From Vulcanimicrobiota bacterium (lineage in GTDB: Bacteria > Vulcanimicrobiota > Vulcanimicrobiia > Vulcanimicrobiales > Vulcanimicrobiaceae): DNA of 43,444 nucleotides. The notes under the pieces are model-generated. The model was given only the letters and a program-made list of their open reading frames with translations, had not been told where the DNA came from and did no database searches. The stretch covers positions 1 to 43,444 of the forward strand of contig JAFAMK010000023.1 in assembly GCA_019233415.1 (NCBI GenBank), in the 5' to 3' direction. A program made the position numbers and the translations under genes. Positions 26,954 through 36,003 of the stretch are shown here, piece by piece (the first letter of the stretch is position 1; every line of letters starts with the position of its first letter).

Positions 26954-28126
26954 TCAGAAATTGTGCGTGATCACTTTCCACTTTCGCGCTGGAACGGTCG
27001 TGCCGGTGCTTCCGACGTACGTAAACTGGTAGCTGGGAAAAGCTCCGCCTTGCTGCGTCGACCAACACTGCGGTATCCCGCTCGGGTCGTTCGTGAGCGC
27101 TTCGAAATGTGTGTTCGATGGGCTAACTTCCTCCAGTGTCGTAGACCCGATCGGTAGAAGAAATGCCGACGCCTGTACTGGCTCACTTTGTTGGACATTC
27201 GTATCATAGCCGATGTCCTGACAATAGCCCGGGCTTCCCAGTGGTTGATTCGGCTCATTGTAATACTCGGTGAAGCTCCATCCTTCGCCTCCAGGATTGC
27301 CCGGAGTGTTTCCCGACTGCAACGATCCGCTCTCCATGGCAAGATCTTCCCACGTCGACGTACGTTGATTGTAGAGCATTGCGTGCCAGTTACCGTCCGA
27401 TGCCAGAAAGTTCTCTATAGAGTACACGTTCGAGATCGTGCCGTCGGTGTGTTGAACGACGTACGAATAGTTGTACCAAGAACTCGTTCCGAGCGTTTTC
27501 ACGACCACAAACTCACCGCCGTTCTTGCAGAAGTCGAAGACATAGAAAGCGCTCAGCGGCGAGGATGCTACGTCGTTCGGTGCTGCAGCCCAGTAGCCGG
27601 TACCGCTCTCGAAGCACTCGTTTCCCGGCCCTTTCGTCGTATCGGCGAAAACGACGTTCGACGTTGCTCCTCCCTGTGGATTGACGCCTCGGGGTTGCGA
27701 TCCAGGAGCGATTGCATTGATCGCCCAAGATTGAATGGCGTATACACCGTTATAGCCGGAAACGTCGAAGAACGAGCCGATATTTGCGTGCTCGAACGGA
27801 GATGCCGCTGTGATGTTGTTGGGCCGGCGGATATGGAGTGACGAGGTGTGTTCCATTGGGAACACTCCCTTTATTGCCGTGGCGCGATTTAGTGCGACAA
27901 GTTGTGCTGAGTTCAAGTTCGAGCCGGCTGTCGTATCGCGGACGACGGAGGCCAGCGAATCCAGCGAAGTCAGCGGCCTCCCAGCACCGGTGGGAAGTAC
28001 CGCGTCTGATTCGATAGAGGATGATAGCGGCGTGGAATTCGATGTAACGGTGCCGCATGACGACAAAAAAAGCGCCAGTGATGGTGCTACAACAGCCAGC
28101 AGCCAGCGTGGCTTTTCCGTAAGCAT
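26954..28126 (-). CDS. Lipoprotein of unknown function with atypical base composition
   Basis: ATG 28126 preceded by GAGGGAG, lipobox LSSC, S/T-rich linker and an aromatic-rich beta domain. Visibly more A/T-rich than the flanks. Confidence 0.7.
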   Translation of the reverse strand: MLTEKPRWLLAVVAPSLALFLSSCGTVTSNSTPLSSSIESDAVLPTGAGRPLTSLDSLASVVRDTTAGSNLNSAQLVALNRATAIKGVFPMEHTSSLHIRRPNNITAASPFEHANIGSFFDVSGYNGVYAIQSWAINAIAPGSQPRGVNPQGGATSNVVFADTTKGPGNECFESGTGYWAAAPNDVASSPLSAFYVFDFCKNGGEFVVVKTLGTSSWYNYSYVVQHTDGTISNVYSIENFLASDGNWHAMLYNQRTSTWEDLAMESGSLQSGNTPGNPGGEGWSFTEYYNEPNQPLGSPGYCQDIGYDTNVQQSEPVQASAFLLPIGSTTLEEVSPSNTHFEALTNDPSGIPQCWSTQQGGAFPSYQFTYVGSTGTTVPARKWKVITHNF

Positions 28127-28261
28127 TTGAGCTCCCTCGAGATCGTTGACCCAGATTTGGCTCGTTGTAAGGGCATAGCAACCCGACAACAGCCTGAACA
28201 AGGCGTTTTCGATCTATAAGTCCGGCTCCTGGGCGACGAGTGGGTTCCCAAGCCTCACAGC

Positions 28262-29938
28262 TTAGTAAATCAGCGAACCCGGCCCCCCAGGGGGCACCGA
28301 ACCGTCATCCGGGGCAAAGGTCAGGCGCAGCGGATACGAAGACCCACCCTCCGGCATCGTGACGATGCGAATACGCCGGAACGTCCCCGCATTGATCGTC
28401 TCCTGCCAAATCTTGAACCGCGAGAACGCCGGCAGCGCGTGCGCTTGGACGAGCGTACCGTCGACGAGGAACGTGCCCGTTGCGCGTCCGCCGCGCGGGT
28501 TTGCATAGAGCGCGATCGCGCGCGGCCCGCGGGTCATGTTGACGATCACCACGTTCAGCGTCTGCTCGACGCCGTAGTCGCCGCTGAGCGCCTCGCCCTG
28601 GCGCAGGTTCGGGAGCGGAAGCTGGCCGATCGGAATGTCGAGGTCGTCGCCTTCGACGTCGTACGTGCGCTCGAAGACGAACGACGGCACCGGGTAGACG
28701 CCGCGCGCGTGCGGCGCGCCGCCGGAGAGCAGTTGCGAGGTGTCGCCGGGTGCTTCGTCCATGGCCATCGCGTCTTGTGCGACCAGCGCCAGCTCGAGCG
28801 GGTCGCCGCTCACCAGGCGCAGCTGCAAGATGCCGCTGACGACGCTCTGCGGCGGCAGTGGGTGCACGACAAGGCTCGTGGTCGCGCCCGCGGCGATCGT
28901 CAGGACCTGGCCCTCGTTGCGCGCCTCGCGCACCAAGAACCGTTTGGTCGAGAGGTGCCCGACCTCCATCTCGTTCGGCCCCGGCCCGGCGCTGCCGTCG
29001 ATCATCTGCACCGTCGCCGGCGCGTTCGACGTGTTGCGCGCGACGAGCACGATGCGGCGCGCCGGTTCGCTTCCGGGGTTGTAGTGGTAGTACAGGAACC
29101 GCTGTGCCTGCGTGCGGTCGAGCCGCGCGGTGAACAGCACGCCGTTCGCGGTCAGCCGCTCCGGATAGTCGCTGACGAGCAGCCGCGACGGCTGGATCGT
29201 CGGGAGCGCGGTGTTCTCGACGCTCACGTGCGTCGAGCCGTTGACGTCGAGGTAGCCGTTGCCGCTGATCCGCACGGGGACGTCGAGCTCGAGACGGTCG
29301 TCGATCTTCAGGTCGCCCCGCAGTGGAATGCCGTCGGGCGCGACGGTGACGGTTGCGCCGATCCGCGCGTTTGCGGCGCGCGTGACCGCGGTCACGATCG
29401 CTTCGCGCAGATAGTCGGTGGACGTCGGGTTCCCGGTGACGCGCAGCGACGTCTCGTCGGCAACGGTGCCCGCGGCGTTCGCGACGCGGACAGGGACGTC
29501 GCGCGTCACGCCGCGCGTGTCGGTCAGCGTGACGGTCGTCGTGCCGACCTTCACGCCGGTCACGTAGAGGACGCGCTGCGCCTGATCGACGACGGCGGTC
29601 GCGACGGTCGCGTCCGCGACGGTGCTCGTCACGTCGCCGAGCGCGCTGTTGATGCGGCCCGCGACGGTCTTGCCGGGTTCGACGTTCAGCAGCGGCGGCT
29701 CGACCACGATTGGGGGCGGCGTGGGCGTCGCGGTCGGCACTGGGCTGGCCGACTCGCCAGGCGATGCCGATGCCCCCGGCGATGCGGACGCCGCGGGGAC
29801 GGGCGTCACGACGTTGCCGGGCGGGTTGACCGGTCCGGTGCTGGGCGGTGGGACGGGGGGATTCACTTGTGCCGACGCGGCGAGCGCGGCGGCGACCACC
29901 AACGCGAGGCTACAGAACGGCGCGAGGACGCGTCGCAA
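28262..29938 (-). CDS. Secreted hypothetical protein (Pro-rich linker, Ig/pilus-assembly-like N-terminal domain, conserved C-terminal domain)
   Basis: TTG 29938 after TAAGGAG, a signal peptide, VTGVKVGTTTV, LLVSDYPE, RFLYYHYN, GDYGV and ANPRGG. Confidence 0.7.
   Translation of the reverse strand: MRRVLAPFCSLALVVAAALAASAQVNPPVPPPSTGPVNPPGNVVTPVPAASASPGASASPGESASPVPTATPTPPPIVVEPPLLNVEPGKTVAGRINSALGDVTSTVADATVATAVVDQAQRVLYVTGVKVGTTTVTLTDTRGVTRDVPVRVANAAGTVADETSLRVTGNPTSTDYLREAIVTAVTRAANARIGATVTVAPDGIPLRGDLKIDDRLELDVPVRISGNGYLDVNGSTHVSVENTALPTIQPSRLLVSDYPERLTANGVLFTARLDRTQAQRFLYYHYNPGSEPARRIVLVARNTSNAPATVQMIDGSAGPGPNEMEVGHLSTKRFLVREARNEGQVLTIAAGATTSLVVHPLPPQSVVSGILQLRLVSGDPLELALVAQDAMAMDEAPGDTSQLLSGGAPHARGVYPVPSFVFERTYDVEGDDLDIPIGQLPLPNLRQGEALSGDYGVEQTLNVVIVNMTRGPRAIALYANPRGGRATGTFLVDGTLVQAHALPAFSRFKIWQETINAGTFRRIRIVTMPEGGSSYPLRLTFAPDDGSVPPGGPGSLIY
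29745..29795 (-). repeat. Short coding tandem repeat (ASASPG x2 + ESASP)
   Basis: About three degenerate 18-bp units in the Pro/Ser linker. Confidence 0.6.
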
Positions 29939-29960
29939 GCGACTCCTTATCCGGAACGGG

Positions 29961-31598
29961 TTACGCGATCTTCTGTTCGGCGGGCTCCCGCGAGACGGCC
30001 GATGCCAAGAGCGTCTTGTAGCCGACGTTCGGGAACAGCACCGTGACGAGGTCTTTCTCGGCGCGCTCGACCGTGCCTTGTCCGAATTTCGGGTGGTAGA
30101 CCACATCGGCGATCCGGTAGCCCGACGAGGTCAGGACCCGGTGGCCGTCGAGGCAGTTGTCGCACGCGCCGCAGGTCTCGGCGTCGTAGTCCTCACCGAA
30201 GTAGTTCAGGATGAAGCGGCGCCGGCAGCCCGTCGTCTCGGCGTACTGCAGCATCATCGCGAGCTTCGACTGGTCGTACTTCTTCTTCGTTTCGTAGTTG
30301 GCGAGGTTGAGGACCATTTCGCGCTGCTCGCGCGCGGCCTCGGTCAGCACGTACTTCCCGCGCATCGCGTTCTCGATGAAGCCGCCCTTCTTGAGCAGCG
30401 CGAGGATCACTTTGAGCTTGGTGAGCGGAAGTTGCGTGATCTTGCGCAGGTCGGTCAGGCTCACGCCGCCTTCCTGGTCGCCGAAGATTTCGAGCGTCCC
30501 GAAGACCTTCTGCACTTCCTCGACGTCGGGATACTTGCCGGTCAGGAAGTAGTTCTGCACGCGCGTGTCGCTCATGCGGTAGATCAGCACGCACTTCGAC
30601 GGGTCGCCGTCGCGGCCGGCACGGCCCGCCTCCTGCGTGTACGCCTCGACCGAGCCCGGCAGATCGTAGTGCACGACGAACCGGATGTTCGGCTTGTCGA
30701 TCCCGAGGCCGAACGCGTTGGTCGCGACGACGGCGCGAATCGCCTCCTGCATGAACAGCTCGTGGACCGCGGTGCGGTCGTGCTTCTGCAGCTTCGAGTG
30801 GTAGACGGCCGCGGGCAGACCCAGCTCGTCTTGCAGGTACTTCTGCACTTCGAGCGCGTTCTTGATCGTCGCGGTGTAGACGATCCCGGTCGCCTCCAGC
30901 TCGCCGCGCTGGAAGAGTTCCTTCAGTTCCTTGAGTTTGCCGGCTTCGCTCTCGGCGCGCTTGACGACGTACTGCAGGTTCGGGCGGTCGAACCCTTTGA
31001 CGATCGGCTTGACGTGCGGGATCCCGAGCTGGATGAGGATGTCCTCGCGGACCGCCGGGGTCGCCGTCGCGGTGAGCGCGAGGACGGTCGGCTTCCCGAG
31101 CTGGCGGATCACCTTGCCCAGGTTCAGGTAGGCGGGGCGGAAGTCGTGACCCCACTGCGAGATACAGTGCGCCTCGTCGACGACGAACAGCGGAATCGTC
31201 AGCTTCTGCAAGAGCGCGACGAACGCGTCGTCTTCGAGCTTCTCGGGCGTGACGAAGACGATCTTCAGCTCGCCGGATGCGATGCGCGCCATCGCCGTGA
31301 TTTCCTGGTCTTCGGAGAGGGTCGAGTTGAGCGCCGCGGTCGCGGTGACGCCGCGCTCCGACAGCATGTCGAGCTGATCTTTCATCAACGCAATGAGCGG
31401 TGAGACGACGATCGTCGTCCCGCCCATCAGCAGCGCGGGGAGCTGGTAGCAGAGCGACTTGCCGGCCCCGGTCGCCAGGATTGCAAGGGTGTCCTCCCCG
31501 TCCATGATGCGGGAGATGACCTCTTCCTGTCCGGGGTTGAACCGCTCGTATCCGAACTTTTCGCGCAGCGCCGCGCGCAAGTCGACCATGGTTGTCAT
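29961..31598 (-). CDS. recQ: RecQ-family ATP-dependent DNA helicase
   Basis: [38 protein letters not shown] and a Zn module (CRR...CGACDNC). ATG 31598 follows GAGGGA. Confidence 0.93.
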   Translation of the reverse strand: MTTMVDLRAALREKFGYERFNPGQEEVISRIMDGEDTLAILATGAGKSLCYQLPALLMGGTTIVVSPLIALMKDQLDMLSERGVTATAALNSTLSEDQEITAMARIASGELKIVFVTPEKLEDDAFVALLQKLTIPLFVVDEAHCISQWGHDFRPAYLNLGKVIRQLGKPTVLALTATATPAVREDILIQLGIPHVKPIVKGFDRPNLQYVVKRAESEAGKLKELKELFQRGELEATGIVYTATIKNALEVQKYLQDELGLPAAVYHSKLQKHDRTAVHELFMQEAIRAVVATNAFGLGIDKPNIRFVVHYDLPGSVEAYTQEAGRAGRDGDPSKCVLIYRMSDTRVQNYFLTGKYPDVEEVQKVFGTLEIFGDQEGGVSLTDLRKITQLPLTKLKVILALLKKGGFIENAMRGKYVLTEAAREQREMVLNLANYETKKKYDQSKLAMMLQYAETTGCRRRFILNYFGEDYDAETCGACDNCLDGHRVLTSSGYRIADVVYHPKFGQGTVERAEKDLVTVLFPNVGYKTLLASAVSREPAEQKIA

Positions 31599-31812
31599 CG
31601 TCCCTCGATCTCGGTACCCGCCCACTCGCAGACGAGAGGCGACGCCTCGCTTGGAAAGCGGGCGCCGCGGCCATCTCAATGCCGGCGCACTCCGGGTACC
31701 CTACCCGGACCTCCTTAAAACGCTGTGAAACCGTGCCGAGTTGCTCCTGAGAGGAGCGATCTGCCGGACTCCGCCGGACGGGACCGGCCTGTGGCGCCCC
31801 GAATCTACGGGG

Positions 31813-33426
31813 GTGTCGCTGTATCGAACCTGGCGGCCACGGACGTTCGCCGATTTGGTCGGCCAGGACGCGGTGGTCAAGACGCTGACGACGGCCCTGG
31901 AGACCGGCCGCCTCGCGCACGCGTACCTGTTTTCCGGCCCGCGCGGTTCCGGCAAGACGTCGGCCGCGAAGATTCTCGCGCGCTGCATCGAGTGCGTCAA
32001 CGGGCCGACGGCGATGCCCGACAACACCTGCCCGAACTGCGTCGCGATCCTCGACGGGACCGCGCTCGACGTACTCGAGATCGACGCCGCGTCGAACCGC
32101 GGCATCGACGAGATTCGCGCGTTGCGCGACGCGGTGAAGTTCGCGCCCTCGGTGATGCGCAAGAAAGTGTACATCATCGACGAAGCGCACATGCTCACTA
32201 AAGAGGGCGCCACCGCGTTTCTGAAGACGCTGGAAGAGCCGCCGGAGTGGGCGGTGTTCGTGCTCGCCACGACCGCGCCCGAAGCGCTGCCGCCGACGAT
32301 TCTCTCGCGCTGCCAGCGCTACGCATTTCGGCGCATCGCGATCCCGACGATGATCGCGCGGATGCGCGAGATCGCGAACGCCGAGGGAATCGTCATCGAC
32401 GATGCGGCGCTCGGCACGATCGCGTACCGCGCCGACGGCGGGCTGCGTGACGCGCTGACGATGCTCGAACAGGTCGCCGCGTTCGCGAACGGTCCGGTCG
32501 ACGCGACCGTCGTCGATGCGGCGTTCGGCCAGACCGGGCGCGAGTTCGCGCGCGCGCTGCGCGACGCGGCGCTCGACGGCGACGCGGCGCAGGCGCTGCG
32601 CATCGTCGACGAGGCGTCGGACGCGGGGACCGACATGACCGGGCTGATCCGCAGCACGATCGCCGAGTTCCGCCACCTGCTCGTCGCGCGCGTGAACCCC
32701 GAACTGCTCGCCCGCGACCTCGCCGAGGACGACGCGCAGAGCGCGCGCGAGCGCGCCGCCGCGACGCCGCAGGCGCGGCTCGTGCGCGCGCTGCGCCTAC
32801 TCGCCGACGCGCTCGCCGCGGCGCGCGGCTCCGGCAACGCACGGCTCGAAGTGGAGAGCGCGGTGCTGCGCTTCGTGCTGCAGGGCGAAGACCCGAGCCT
32901 CGACGCGCTGGCCGCCCGCATCAGCGCGCTGGAGTCCGGCGACGCTGCCGCACCACGCCCCGCGCCAGCGCCCGTGGCGCCGCCGCGCGCCAAGCCGGTC
33001 GCGAAGGCGCCCGAACCGGAGCCCGTACCGGCGCCGCCGCCTCCGCAGCCCGCGCCACCACAGAAGCAGCAGCCGGCGGTCGCGCCGACGGAGTTGTCGC
33101 TGCAGAAGCTGCGCACGCTGTGGCAGAACATCCGCACACGCGCAGAGAGCGAAAAGACCTCGCTGCGCGCGGGGCTCTCGCGGGCGACGGTCGCGTCGCT
33201 CGAGGGCGACGTGCTGACGCTGCGGGTCCCCGACCCGATGGCGAGCGAGGTGCTCAAGAAGGACGCGGCGACGGTGAAGAAGGCGATCGCCGACGTGACG
33301 GGGCGCGCGCTCGACCTGCGCGTCGCGGTCGGCGCGGGCGGGCCGCCGCCCGAGACCGGCGCCGGCAACGACGACGGCGAAGAGCAGGACGACCTGATGC
33401 GCTACGCGCTCGAAAAGCTCTCGTGA
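31813..33426 (+). CDS. dnaX: DNA polymerase III subunit gamma/tau
   Basis: LYRTWRPRTF, GPRGSGKT, EIDAASNRG, IIDEAHML, LKTLEEPP and SRCQ. Start at GTG 31813. Confidence 0.95.
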   Translation: MSLYRTWRPRTFADLVGQDAVVKTLTTALETGRLAHAYLFSGPRGSGKTSAAKILARCIECVNGPTAMPDNTCPNCVAILDGTALDVLEIDAASNRGIDEIRALRDAVKFAPSVMRKKVYIIDEAHMLTKEGATAFLKTLEEPPEWAVFVLATTAPEALPPTILSRCQRYAFRRIAIPTMIARMREIANAEGIVIDDAALGTIAYRADGGLRDALTMLEQVAAFANGPVDATVVDAAFGQTGREFARALRDAALDGDAAQALRIVDEASDAGTDMTGLIRSTIAEFRHLLVARVNPELLARDLAEDDAQSARERAAATPQARLVRALRLLADALAAARGSGNARLEVESAVLRFVLQGEDPSLDALAARISALESGDAAAPRPAPAPVAPPRAKPVAKAPEPEPVPAPPPPQPAPPQKQQPAVAPTELSLQKLRTLWQNIRTRAESEKTSLRAGLSRATVASLEGDVLTLRVPDPMASEVLKKDAATVKKAIADVTGRALDLRVAVGAGGPPPETGAGNDDGEEQDDLMRYALEKLS

Positions 33427-33452
33427 ACGCCGGCGCCGAAGACCGAGGACAG

Positions 33453-33755
33453 ATGAACAACCAGATGATGAACCAGCTGCGCAAGATGCAGCAAGAGATG
33501 GCGAAAGCTCAGGACGAGATCCAGAGCACGACGGTCGAGGGCGTCGCCGGCGGCAGCGTCGTCAAGCTGACGATGACCGGCGACTTTCGCGTCACGAAGA
33601 TCGCGCTCGACCGCAGCGTCGTCGACGCGGACGACGTCGAGACGCTCGAAGACCTGATCATCGCGGCGTTCAACGACGCGCGCGGCAAGGCCGAGGAATT
33701 CGCCGCGAAGCGGATGGGCTCGGTCACCGGCGGGATCAAGATTCCGGGAATGTAG
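33453..33755 (+). CDS. ybaB: YbaB/EbfC nucleoid-associated protein
   Basis: GAGGA RBS then ATG 33453. Motifs AGGSVV and DDVETLEDLIIAAFNDA; lies between dnaX and recR. Confidence 0.92.
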   Translation: MNNQMMNQLRKMQQEMAKAQDEIQSTTVEGVAGGSVVKLTMTGDFRVTKIALDRSVVDADDVETLEDLIIAAFNDARGKAEEFAAKRMGSVTGGIKIPGM

Positions 33756-33767
33756 GCGGAGCGCACC

Positions 33768-34370
33768 ATCTCGACCACGCTCGCGGGCCCCGTCCAGGCG
33801 CTGATCAACGAGTTCAGCAAGCTCCCGACGATCGGCCCGAAGACCGCCGCACGGCTCGTCTTCTTTCTCCTCAACCGGCCGAAGGCCGACGCGGACGCGC
33901 TCGCCGAGGCGATCGTGCACTTGAAGGAACGCGTGCGCCTCTGCTCGCGCTGCTTCTCGATCACCGAGGACGACCCGTGCGCCGTGTGCGCCGACGTGCG
34001 CCGCAACGGTTCGCTGATCTGCGTCGTCGCCGAGGCGAAGGACGTCTTCGCGATCGAGCGCACCTCGGCGTACGATGGGCGCTATCACGTGCTCGGCGGG
34101 CTGATCTCGCCGATGGACGGGATCGGCCCCTCGCAGCTGCGCGTGCGCGAGCTGGTCGACCGCGTCGCGGCCGAGGCGCCGGACGAGATCGTCGTCGCGA
34201 CCAACCCCAACGCCGAAGGCGAGGCGACCGCGCTCTACCTCTCGCGGTTGCTGGTGCCGAGCGGCGTGCGCGTCACGCGGCTCGCCTACGGGCTCCCGAT
34301 CGGCGGCGACCTCGACTACGCCGACGAGACGACGCTCGCGCGCGCGATCGAAGGCCGCCGCGCGCTGTAG
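33768..34370 (+). CDS. recR: Recombination mediator RecR (non-canonical start)
   Basis: LINEFSKLPTIGPKTAARL (HhH), C4 Zn finger, YHVLGG.ISP.DG, ATNPNAEGEATA and GGDLDYAD. The conserved N-terminus lies upstream of the track ORF (33915), and the best start is ATC 33768. Confidence 0.9.
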   Translation: MSTTLAGPVQALINEFSKLPTIGPKTAARLVFFLLNRPKADADALAEAIVHLKERVRLCSRCFSITEDDPCAVCADVRRNGSLICVVAEAKDVFAIERTSAYDGRYHVLGGLISPMDGIGPSQLRVRELVDRVAAEAPDEIVVATNPNAEGEATALYLSRLLVPSGVRVTRLAYGLPIGGDLDYADETTLARAIEGRRAL

Positions 34371-34373
34371 CGC

Positions 34374-35006
34374 TCACTCGGCCGTGAGAGCATCGCCGCG
34401 CGCGAGCTCGCCCGGCGTGACGACCTCGCAGTAGACGCCGACGACGTTCGCGCGCTGCGTCGCGACGCGTTCGAGGACGGACGGCAGCGCCTCGCCGGTC
34501 GCGACGTCCCAGGTCGTCGTGACGCAGCGCCGGATGACCGTGACGACCTCCAGCACCACCGTGCCGGCGCGCAGCGTCAGCCCGACCATCTCGGCTTCGC
34601 GCTTGGCGAAGCCCGGGGCCGCGGTGACGTAGAGGTTCGGGCGCCAGCGCAGTGGGTCGAGCGGCTCGCCGACCAGCGCTTCGACGTCGTGGACCCACCG
34701 GTCGAGGAGCACCGAGACGGGACGCGCGTCGAACCAGCGCGGCTCGCTGCGGTCGAGGGTGACCAGGACGCCGTCGTCGGCGGCGTAGGACGCGGCGGTC
34801 TCGGGGTCCGCGGTCAGGTGCAGCCGCGAGGACTCCTTGCCGCGGAACGGCTTGCCGGCGCGCGCGTGGGTCGGGCTCTCGACGACGAGTGCGGCGGTGC
34901 GGTCGCCCGCGAGCCCGTCGGGAAGAACCGTGGCCTGCGCGAGCGGCTCGGCCCGCAGGGCCTTCACCGGATAGCGCCACAGCGCGGCGATCGTGCCGAC
35001 GTCCAT
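34374..35006 (-). CDS. MOSC domain protein
   Basis: LWRYPVK, GLAGDR, RWRPNL, RC and GVYCEVVTPGEL..GD. Start at ATG 35006. Confidence 0.85.
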   Translation of the reverse strand: MDVGTIAALWRYPVKALRAEPLAQATVLPDGLAGDRTAALVVESPTHARAGKPFRGKESSRLHLTADPETAASYAADDGVLVTLDRSEPRWFDARPVSVLLDRWVHDVEALVGEPLDPLRWRPNLYVTAAPGFAKREAEMVGLTLRAGTVVLEVVTVIRRCVTTTWDVATGEALPSVLERVATQRANVVGVYCEVVTPGELARGDALTAE

Positions 35007-35049
35007 CGTCCCGGGATTCGCGCCGGGCGCGCGCGAACGCTCCCGCCGC

Positions 35050-36003
35050 GTGGAGAACACCGAACTCCGCCCACTGGGCGCCGGCGAAATCCTCGATCGT
35101 GCCGTGACGCTGTTCGTGCGGCAGTTCGTTCCGATCGTCATCGTGCTGGCGATCGTGCTCGTCCCGGTGATGGCGCTGCAGGCAATCTCGCAGCCGCACT
35201 CCGGCCGCGTGTTCTCCGACATGGCGGCGATCATTCGCGCGGGCACCGATACGGCCGCCTCACGCGAGGCGACGAAAATGATGGAGCTCGACAGCGGGAA
35301 CGGCTCGCTGGTCGTCGTCGTCATCCTCGGCGGGATCATCCTGCAGCTCCTGATGCTCAGCGCGATCATCGCCACCGTGGCGGCAGCATACAGCGGCTCG
35401 CGCGTGTCCGTCGCGGAAGCGTACCGGACGGGGTTGCGCTGCTGGTTTCCGCAGCTCGTCGTCGGGCTCGTCTTCATCGTGATCGCGATCATCGGGATGA
35501 TCCCGCCGTTCATCCTGTACTTGCTGACGATCTTCGTCGCGGCCGCGCTAGCCGCGCTGCACGCGACGATCCCCGCGATCGTCGCCGGGATCGTCCTCGG
35601 ACTGATCGACATCGCCGCGTTCGCTGCCGTCGGTGCGTGGGCGTTCATGACCTACTACGCCGCGGCCGTCGCGGTCGTCACCGAGACGTCCAACGCGGTC
35701 ACGGCGATCGGGATCGCGATGCGGCGCGGGCTCGCGCGACCGATGCTGCTGCGCATGGTCGTCGGCGGGTTCATCATCCTCGCGGTCAGCTACGCCGGTA
35801 TCATCCCGGTGATCGGGATCGCCGCGACGGTCACCGCGCTGACCCACGTCGAAGTCCTCTACTTCGTGATCAACGGCGTCGGCACGGTGCTGCTCCAAGG
35901 GCTGGTCACGGTGTTCGTCGTCGTGTACGCGATCGACGTGCGCGTGCGCCGCGAAGGCTACGATCTCGCGCTCGCGGCGGAGCCGGCGCTTCCCGTCGCA
36001 TGA
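35050..36003 (+). CDS. Polytopic membrane protein (LRPL..GEILD family, GDPD membrane-domain-like)
   Basis: ELRPLGAGEILDRA at the N-terminus and IDVRVRREGYDL at the C-terminus; multiple TM segments. Confidence 0.75.
   Translation: MENTELRPLGAGEILDRAVTLFVRQFVPIVIVLAIVLVPVMALQAISQPHSGRVFSDMAAIIRAGTDTAASREATKMMELDSGNGSLVVVVILGGIILQLLMLSAIIATVAAAYSGSRVSVAEAYRTGLRCWFPQLVVGLVFIVIAIIGMIPPFILYLLTIFVAAALAALHATIPAIVAGIVLGLIDIAAFAAVGAWAFMTYYAAAVAVVTETSNAVTAIGIAMRRGLARPMLLRMVVGGFIILAVSYAGIIPVIGIAATVTALTHVEVLYFVINGVGTVLLQGLVTVFVVVYAIDVRVRREGYDLALAAEPALPVA

Noticed and set aside
26928-28261. Mobile element call for the low-GC segment
   Set aside because: No transposase, integrase, inverted repeats or target duplication were seen, so it is reported only as a compositional island.
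31740-31800. TPP riboswitch suggested by CTGAGA
   Set aside because: The downstream ACCTGA/AATGC elements are absent and the gene context does not fit.
31599-31812. SRP RNA (ffs) upstream of dnaX
   Set aside because: The conserved helix-8 motif (CAGG-CC-GRAA-GG-AGCA) is not visible on either strand.
32940-33120. Programmed frameshift in dnaX (gamma/tau)
   Set aside because: No A-run slippery site is seen; the region is just a Pro-rich linker.
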